A stretch of DNA of 64,000 nt from Vairimorpha necatrix. Lineage: Eukaryota. The translations under genes and the position numbers were made by a program. The notes beneath the pieces are model-generated. The model saw only the letters and a program-made list of their open reading frames with translations, was not told where the DNA came from and did no database searches. The DNA lies in contig CP142727.1 in the NCBI GenBank assembly GCA_036630325.1, positions 248,001 to 312,000 on the forward strand, given 5' to 3'. Of this stretch, positions 57,801-64,000 are shown in pieces. Numbering within the stretch: position 1 is the stretch's first letter; the number at the start of each line of letters is the position of its first letter.

Positions 57801-60800
57801 TATTTCTACTATTTATATAATTCCAGTCTCCATTAGTGTCATTATTAGTATCTAATTTATTATTTAATATTATGTCTTTTTCAGTTTGCTTATTAAGTTT
57901 CTTTAATATTTTCTCAACTACTTTATTCTTCACATAATATTTCACTAATTTATTATCATCTTTATTTATACTTCTATATAATATTATTATATAATTATAT
58001 ATCTTATGATTTTTACTCTGTTTTATTTTATTCATTATTATTTTATAAATCATCTTCATCTTCTTTTTATTATTACATTTTAGACACTGGACTATAAACA
58101 TCATCCCAATATTATATGAGTCATCAGATGATATTTTAATATTCAGATTTATCTCATCAATATAAAGATGAAATATATTCAGAATATATTCTCTGTTTAT
58201 ATATTTTATATAAGATGGATTATTAAACAAGATCTCTGTTAAGATATTTAAGATATGACAATTCTCAAGACTTTTGTCTTTTATAATATTTAGTAAAGAA
58301 GATCTGTCATAATTCTTAAGATCTTTGTTTTCTTTACTGACATAATCTTTAAATATTCTTATATTATGATAAGCTACTAGATAATTTCTACTTATGAAAT
58401 CATATTTGGGATCTACCAAATCATTAGTACTTTTCTTTATTTCCCATTTACTGTGTCCAAATATCTGAATAATAATACATTTACATAATATTCTGTATTT
58501 TAAATTCTCTGATAAATCTAAAGTATAATTTAAATATTCTTGTAAATCTTCTAAATCTTTATTCTGAGACTTATAATATTTTATAAGTGACAAAATGTAA
58601 ATCAACTTAATCTTATGATTTTTAATATCGAATTTAAATATATTTTTAAACTTGATAAATAATGATGAATTATTATATAATGATGAATTATTATAAAATG
58701 TGGTACTATTATAAAATGCTGTATTATTATATAATGCGGAATTATTATATAAGGATACCATATTATATAAGGATACCATATTATATGTTAGTTCTTTAAG
58801 AGTATGAATTACTAATAAGAAGAAAGATCTATTATAAGATTTAGTACTAGTAATAATATTAATACACTTGTCTATGTCATCATAAAAGACTGGATAATTA
58901 CAATCTTCTACTAGTAGATGAAATATTTGAGGAGACTCTAAAACAGGCTTATATTTTATAAGAAACTTGGGCTTATAATATTTAAGATAAATCTTAATAA
59001 TCAAATCTGAACAAGGAGACTTGGAATTATAAAGAAGATTATCAAGGAACTTTAGAGGAGATCTGAGATTATTAGTAAAAATAAAAAGGGAAATGGAATC
59101 TATAAGGGACTTATTAAGGGAGAGATCAATATTCTCAATTTTACAGAATAAATCTGATAATTCATCGACACTAAAAGGCATCTTATGTAAATGTATTCTA
59201 TTACAGTGTCTTTCATGCATATTAATTTCTTCTATATGCGTATTAGTTTCTTCATTATGCATATTAGTTTCTTCATTATGCAATTCATGCTGTTTTATTT
59301 TTTTAACATTATTTTTATGCATTTGTAATTCATTTTCATGCATGAGTAAATCTTCATTGTTATTTGTAAATATCCACTCTAGTAATATCTCAAGATAAAA
59401 CTGCTTCCAATTTCCCACATTTTCCAGAATTATATTTTTCATAAATTTCTTGTTTTTAGTAGTGACGTCATCATATAACTTTGTTTGTTTTTCTATGACG
59501 TCATTTTTAATATCTTCAATATTATTTAATTCCTCCTTATTTTTACTTGCTTTCTTATCATCTTTGATTTTACTTCTCTTTACATTATTTATATCCACAT
59601 ATTGACTATTATCACACATCTTACTCAATATATATTCTATATATTCCTTTTTCTTATTCTTTTCTCCTATTTCTAATATCTCTTTTATTATAAAATGTCC
59701 TTGTTCACTAATTTTTTCTTCTACTATATTTATTATTGTTTTAAATAATTCCATCATATCAAAATATAAATTAAAGAAGTCTTTTTTATATTCTTTAAAT
59801 ATCCAATATATGAAATCTATTTTATCTATAATGTTTTTGTTTTCATTTTGTAATAATAGAGTATTTATTATTGTTTCATGTGTATTATAAATCATTACAC
59901 ATTTATAACATTCTTCTGTATTATTATTTCTTAATATTTTTATTATGTCTAGTTTTATATCTTTAAATTCTAAATATATTACAAATTTGAAATATGCTTC
60001 TGTGTAAGTTTCTGCTTTATTTATAAATTTCTTAGTTTCTTCTTTAAATTCTGGATGATGTTTTAAGAATTTCTTGAAATTCCTTAAGAAAGACAAAGAC
60101 TTGAAATTTTGTACAAGTAAAATGTCTTCTAAGAAGAAATGTAATATTTCTTCTTTTAATATTTTATTTCTTACTTCTTGATTTAAAGATAAATCATCTA
60201 ATAAATCTAATTTAGCCAAATTTACATTCTTAGTGTAATAATCTATTTTATCTTCTATTTTATTTATGCTGTAATTATTTATTTCTATTTTATTTATGCA
60301 GTAATTTTTTTCCATTTTATTTATGCTAGTGTTATTTTCTTCTATTTTATTTATACATAAATTATTTATGCCATTCTTATCTAGTTCATCACATTTATTT
60401 TCTGTGCTCGTGAATATTTGTAATATCTCATCTTGAAATATTCCCGGTATTGATAATGGATCATAATTTATAAACTTACTTAATGTCATACAACTCAAAT
60501 ATGTATACTCATTCATCATACTAATAATCTTCTCTTTATATTTACTATCTTCAAATGGTTCAAATATCTCTCCATAATGATTTATATAAATCTCATTCAT
60601 TATCTTAAATATCATTTTCTGTACTAATCTGTCTTTTTTCTTATGATAAATTTCGAAATTATTTAATAAATCTTTATAATTCTCTAAATTTATATATTGA
60701 TTTAAGGAGTCAGGGTCTCGCTTCATTAACTTAAAGATACTAGAGAAATACATGAAATCTAAGTCTGGATTATTTACAGAAGAAGTTAAGGAATATTTAA

Positions 60801-61788
60801 AAGGGGTAATTAATTCAGAGATAGTGGAAATTATAGAGATATTCTGGAAAGAGGAAGATGAGTCATAAGATAAAACAGAAGAGAGGAAGTCATCAGCCTC
60901 TAAGATATTCTTAATTATTTGTAGATCAGAATTAAGACGAAGTAAAAAAAGAACAAATTCCCCTAATAAGAAAACTAATTCATTATCAATATTATTATAT
61001 ATATTATGTAGTAATAATTTATCAATATTATTAATATTATTATTTATATTATTATTATTAATATATGTTCCTTCTTTTTTTAATATCTTATTTTTTATCT
61101 CTTGAAGATCTTTTAAATTTCCTTGAAGATCTTTTAAATTTCCTTGAAGATCTTTTAAATTTTCTTGTCTTTTTTGTTCTGTAACTATTAGACAATATTT
61201 TCTAATAATAAATGACTCATCTTCATTATACAAAATACCATGAGCTTCTAAATATAAATCTGGAATATTTATATGATTCTTATTCTTATTAAAATATTCT
61301 AAAGCATCTTCATCTCCATCTACATCTTTCTTAATATTTTTGATATTAAGCAATATTTCTAATAAAATATCATTATCTTGTAATATTCTTCCTTTCTTTA
61401 ATATTTTATCTTTATTTAAATAAAGAGAAATAACCTTAAAAGCTTCTAGACTCACTTGATAATCAAAAGAAAGAGCATAAGGAAGATATAAAGAAACATC
61501 ATGTAGATCTGATAAATCATTAATAAATACATATAATCTCTGTAATAACTTAAATACACTCACTAGTAAATTCTTATCTAGAGTATCAAATTTTGAGACT
61601 TGGAATTTATCAGAGAAATTTTTAGTGTAAATTTCTCGGAGAAGAGAAGAACATTTCTTGAAGATTGGAGATAAAGAATCATATCTCTGGGATTTATAAG
61701 GGAAATTTAGTAGGAGTGGATCTATTAAATTTATAAGGGATTTGTAGTCAGAGGAATTTATAAAAGAATTTTTAAAAAAATCTGGCAT
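54883..61788 (-). CDS. TOM1: large HECT E3 ubiquitin ligase (TOM1/HUWE1-like)
   Basis: C-terminal HECT domain: EEGVDLGGLSKEW, LLQFCTGSSRVP, LPSSHTCFNQLDLPEY; CCCC precedes the ATG. Confidence 0.85.
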   Translation of the reverse strand: MPDFFKNSFINSSDYKSLINLIDPLLLNFPYKSQRYDSLSPIFKKCSSLLREIYTKNFSDKFQVSKFDTLDKNLLVSVFKLLQRLYVFINDLSDLHDVSLYLPYALSFDYQVSLEAFKVISLYLNKDKILKKGRILQDNDILLEILLNIKNIKKDVDGDEDALEYFNKNKNHINIPDLYLEAHGILYNEDESFIIRKYCLIVTEQKRQENLKDLQGNLKDLQGNLKDLQEIKNKILKKEGTYINNNNINNNINNIDKLLLHNIYNNIDNELVFLLGEFVLFLLRLNSDLQIIKNILEADDFLSSVLSYDSSSSFQNISIISTISELITPFKYSLTSSVNNPDLDFMYFSSIFKLMKRDPDSLNQYINLENYKDLLNNFEIYHKKKDRLVQKMIFKIMNEIYINHYGEIFEPFEDSKYKEKIISMMNEYTYLSCMTLSKFINYDPLSIPGIFQDEILQIFTSTENKCDELDKNGINNLCINKIEENNTSINKMEKNYCINKIEINNYSINKIEDKIDYYTKNVNLAKLDLLDDLSLNQEVRNKILKEEILHFFLEDILLVQNFKSLSFLRNFKKFLKHHPEFKEETKKFINKAETYTEAYFKFVIYLEFKDIKLDIIKILRNNNTEECYKCVMIYNTHETIINTLLLQNENKNIIDKIDFIYWIFKEYKKDFFNLYFDMMELFKTIINIVEEKISEQGHFIIKEILEIGEKNKKKEYIEYILSKMCDNSQYVDINNVKRSKIKDDKKASKNKEELNNIEDIKNDVIEKQTKLYDDVTTKNKKFMKNIILENVGNWKQFYLEILLEWIFTNNNEDLLMHENELQMHKNNVKKIKQHELHNEETNMHNEETNTHIEEINMHERHCNRIHLHKMPFSVDELSDLFCKIENIDLSLNKSLIDSISLFIFTNNLRSPLKFLDNLLYNSKSPCSDLIIKIYLKYYKPKFLIKYKPVLESPQIFHLLVEDCNYPVFYDDIDKCINIITSTKSYNRSFFLLVIHTLKELTYNMVSLYNMVSLYNNSALYNNTAFYNSTTFYNNSSLYNNSSLFIKFKNIFKFDIKNHKIKLIYILSLIKYYKSQNKDLEDLQEYLNYTLDLSENLKYRILCKCIIIQIFGHSKWEIKKSTNDLVDPKYDFISRNYLVAYHNIRIFKDYVSKENKDLKNYDRSSLLNIIKDKSLENCHILNILTEILFNNPSYIKYINREYILNIFHLYIDEINLNIKISSDDSYNIGMMFIVQCLKCNNKKKMKMIYKIIMNKIKQSKNHKIYNYIIILYRSINKDDNKLVKYYVKNKVVEKILKKLNKQTEKDIILNNKLDTNNDTNGDWNYINSRNKINFIYKFLYNLYTTRYGDLDLDLSMDWIDESRYYETYYSENITPEESSLETYELVEKKKKKKKEKVTYSKIYPAKYLWKKEFQIVEKKLKSKKEKKLFIDKIYKNLPEYNLQEDHDSAIEEDNNNNNSIVEEDNNNNDSIVEEDSIIEDNDTIEEDNNSLDIFNDTIEEDDDTSSSLGDEEGIKPEISPEEIENMSESEVDHFLLSWYTTRKASSSSYLPINKAFLSNLTSYKYKFEEQERRLKDDYFLYAPPYESSSEDTSSEEEMGNIKTNIDLEIYKEFLEKIIREEYTIQKEILEFICIITYNKKVMTTTTETIMNYLEHENTINQDNRDRLSNRDTVSNRDRISDLDTVSDRDKFTNQDNIINQDNLDNLDNIDNEDRISNSIVKACVLILKNMVISSKKHMGDNKDLISKLIKLSNIKEYAEDIIFFLGRIKCKEELDKETLRNLAETRKMDFPSMTNVDFDNFCENNIKGDKIKEFIIEFLNHEEIDIEQVITLTLQYFKQLKSKLNSEYIHNELINKLDKLTDDEKYKNNWKLFAIFDKFINDNIIIDKSIINNYSRKYDEIKKIINDNINDYLDCNDLLVPFLSKFNVLNFKNKKEYFYDNIPEKGDYLYITVKRESILSDSFFQIMNKSPRELRNKTIKVKFSKEEGVDLGGLSKEWYELLIKSLVDPNRGLFIYTSEKKDTVYPYKNSNINPEHLIYYKFLGRLLALLIINEYNIGIHFYKSIYKFIINKKCTLEDLEELDPQYYKSLVWIKDNKIQNLIHLNFTVETDNMGILEINELVPNGKNILVTDENKVKYINLILENKLITSISKQLSAIKEGIFEIIDNINIFNEKEIELLINGVPNINIEDWKNNTEYYGYTKKSKNIIWFWKVVAGLKSEERALLLQFCTGSSRVPYEGFGSLKSTNGDQKFNIHKIKSKRLPSSHTCFNQLDLPEYETYEEMRRHILYAINECKEGFQIL

Positions 61789-62204
61789 GAAAAAATGGGG
61801 TAAGAAAAAACAAAAAAAATATAAGCAAATTTATAATCAAATTTATAATCAAATTTATAATCAAATTTATTTTGATAATAATTTATTTTGATTTGAAGAT
61901 GATAATAATTCAAGTCTTATTATTAGCGTGTGCAACATATAAAAAGAAACTATGATTTAGAAATTATTTAATCTAAGATATACCAAATATCATAAAATAT
62001 AATTCCAAAATATTTCCCTCCAACATTTATTAAATTAAGAGAGGGGGACGAAATGATGGAAAGGAAGAATAACTACCAAATTATAAATCTTCTAAAAACT
62101 TTCCTCATTTATGAATAATTTATGAATAATTTGATCATTATTTATGAGGGATGATCTTGTATTTGGGCCTAGTCTGAGGATAATATAATTTATTTAATCA
62201 AAAT

Positions 62205-62480
62205 CTTACTAGTTACTTTTTACAAGATACACTCACAAGATCTTTTATTAGTTCCTCCTTAAATCCAATATTAAGTTCTCGTTTAACTCTGTCTACTCAG
62301 TATCAAGTCCATGTCTGATTGACATATTAAGTCTTTTTAAGGACTCTTGCTTCTTTTCTAATTGGATCTCTTTGATATGCGTACGGTGTAAATTAGTTAC
62401 ATTTCCATCCCAAGTCATCACATAAGGAAGATTTTTAATTTGTGAGAGAAGCCACATATTTGCAAGCAAGTCGTATTTAT
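62205..62480 (-). mobile_element. RLE non-LTR 3' fragment
   Basis: KYDLLAN...LPYVMTWDG; 3' end gtatcttgtaaaaagtaa matches 12805-12821. Confidence 0.7.
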
Positions 62481-62640
62481 CTTTATATTAGTCTATATCT
62501 GTGTCTAACATAGACATGAGAAAGTGTCTAAATATTTAATATTTAGACAATTAATATTTAGTTTATATTTAGATAATATTTGTTAGTTTATATTTGTTAG
62601 TTTATATTTGTTAATTAATTTATAAGCCTGCCCTTCTTTT

Positions 62641-62883
62641 ATGAAGTCTAAATATTTAAATTATCTCTCTGTCTTTCTTACTTCTCTCTTCACTTTCCTC
62701 TCCATCTTCTACTGTCACTCTGAGATCAGTCCACAGTACAAAGTCCTCTTTGTACTTCTCATTTCTTCTCTAGTCTTCTTTAGCACTAGAATTAGTGTCT
62801 ATAAATCTTTTATCTTACAAGTGGGTATATTTACTGGTCTAGTTTTGTGTACTAAACATGAAGCATATAAAGAAGAACAATAA
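62641..62883 (+). CDS. small multi-pass membrane protein (possibly KCP2/KRTCAP2-like)
   Basis: CCC motif before the ATG, AATAAA at the stop, three hydrophobic segments; family assignment is weak. Confidence 0.55.
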   Translation: MKSKYLNYLSVFLTSLFTFLSIFYCHSEISPQYKVLFVLLISSLVFFSTRISVYKSFILQVGIFTGLVLCTKHEAYKEEQ

Positions 62884-62991
62884 ACTTTAAAAATACACAA
62901 TAGTAAATTCAATATGAAAACTAACACTATTATTATATTTTTTAATATTAGACATTTTAAGATTTTATTTTTTTGGCCCATTTTTTTATAA

Positions 62992-63693
62992 ATGAAAATT
63001 CTTATTGAAGAATCAAATGACCAATTCATCAAGTTCATTTTACAAGACACTTTCATTTCTTACGCTAACGCTCTCAGGCGCATTTTAATCTCTGAAGTCC
63101 CAACTGTAGCCATAGACTTAGTAGAAATAGAAATCAACAACACATCTCTCCCAGACGAGGTCATAAGCCACAGACTAGGCTTAATTCCTCTTTATCTCAA
63201 GAAAGATCTTCTCTACAAATCAGAATGTACTTGTCTAAACTCATGTGATAACTGTAGTATCAATATATCCCTAAATATATCAAACAACACTGACACTCCT
63301 ATTGTAGTAACTTGTAAAGATTTGAAGAGTTCTGATCCTGTTTCTATAAAACCCCAACCTGTTATTTGTAAATTAGGCACACGACAAAATATAAAAGTAA
63401 ATTGTAAAGCATTTAAAGGTCAAGGAAAAACTCATTCTAAATGGAGTCCCGTGTCAGTAATAAGTTATGAATATGATAGTGGGAATAGAAGTAGAAGTAC
63501 AATGTATTGGAGAGAGAAAGATTATGATAATGAAGAAAAAGAAGAAGATGCTAATTTAATAGACGAGATAAATGAAGTAAAAATGTGTGTGGAAGTGGTA
63601 GAAGGATTTGGGAGGCCGATAGAAATATTGAGAAAAGGATTGGAGATAATGAAGAAGAAATTTGAGACATTAAGAGGAGATTTAATAAATTAA
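62992..63693 (+). CDS. RPB3: RNA polymerase II subunit RPB3
   Basis: ANALRRILISEVPTVAID, DEVISHRLGLIPL, CTC..CDNC zinc site and HSKWSPV motifs. Confidence 0.9.
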   Translation: MKILIEESNDQFIKFILQDTFISYANALRRILISEVPTVAIDLVEIEINNTSLPDEVISHRLGLIPLYLKKDLLYKSECTCLNSCDNCSINISLNISNNTDTPIVVTCKDLKSSDPVSIKPQPVICKLGTRQNIKVNCKAFKGQGKTHSKWSPVSVISYEYDSGNRSRSTMYWREKDYDNEEKEEDANLIDEINEVKMCVEVVEGFGRPIEILRKGLEIMKKKFETLRGDLIN

Positions 63694-64000
63694 AAAAAAA
63701 GTATAATTAATTAAAAAAATTTATCATTTAATTTATAAAACATTAAGTAAAATTATGACGAGCGGAAAAATTTATGAAAAATATATAAAAAACAATTAAA
63801 AACTTAGCTGATATCGTAAAAACATTTAGGCCAAATTATTGACGAACGGAAAAATACTTTTTAAAACAGGCTTGACGACATAAAAATTTTTAAAAAAGAT
63901 TAATACAAAAAACAAACATTGTAAGGCACTTATTTTTATTGATAAAGTTGATTATATAAAAAATTTATCTAAGCTACCTTAATAGAACAAAAAAGATGAG

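Noticed and set aside
61825-61870. Short AT-rich tandem repeats (also 15995-16052, 62575-62615 and TGACGA.CGGAAAAAT near 63756/63840)
   Set aside because: Consistent with ordinary slippage duplications; no further structure visible.

Overview
This is AT-rich eukaryotic DNA, almost certainly microsporidian (Nosema/Vairimorpha-like). The genes are compact and intronless, with CCC motifs just upstream of ATGs and AATAAA near stops. The region from about 4 to 19 kb is gene-dense housekeeping DNA: thioredoxin-like, divergent H2B, two divergently transcribed HMG-box genes, tRNA-Arg(ACG), TPT transporter, U2 snRNA, GPN2, RING-CH ligase, DFG10-like, DPH2, J-like protein, APN2 and LCB2. It also holds an intact Merlin transposon and an unannotated 35-aa ORF. 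The region from about 19 to 54 kb is accessory. It carries a diversifying type-I membrane protein family (4 copies), a tandem segmental duplication with a Merlin copy at its junction, and many transposable elements: Merlin, hAT, Helitron, a TG..CA MITE with 66-bp repeats, and RLE non-LTR 3' fragments. The most striking objects are two diverged ~3.2-kb Ty3/Gypsy elements with identical architecture. Each has 49-bp LTRs containing the CCC motif, the gag ATG (LTR position 34) and AATAAA (positions 40-45), a translated tRNA-Pro-type PBS, a very small Gag and no recognisable aspartic protease. The window ends with a TOM1-like HECT ligase and RPB3. All calls were made by eye; no database searches were run.
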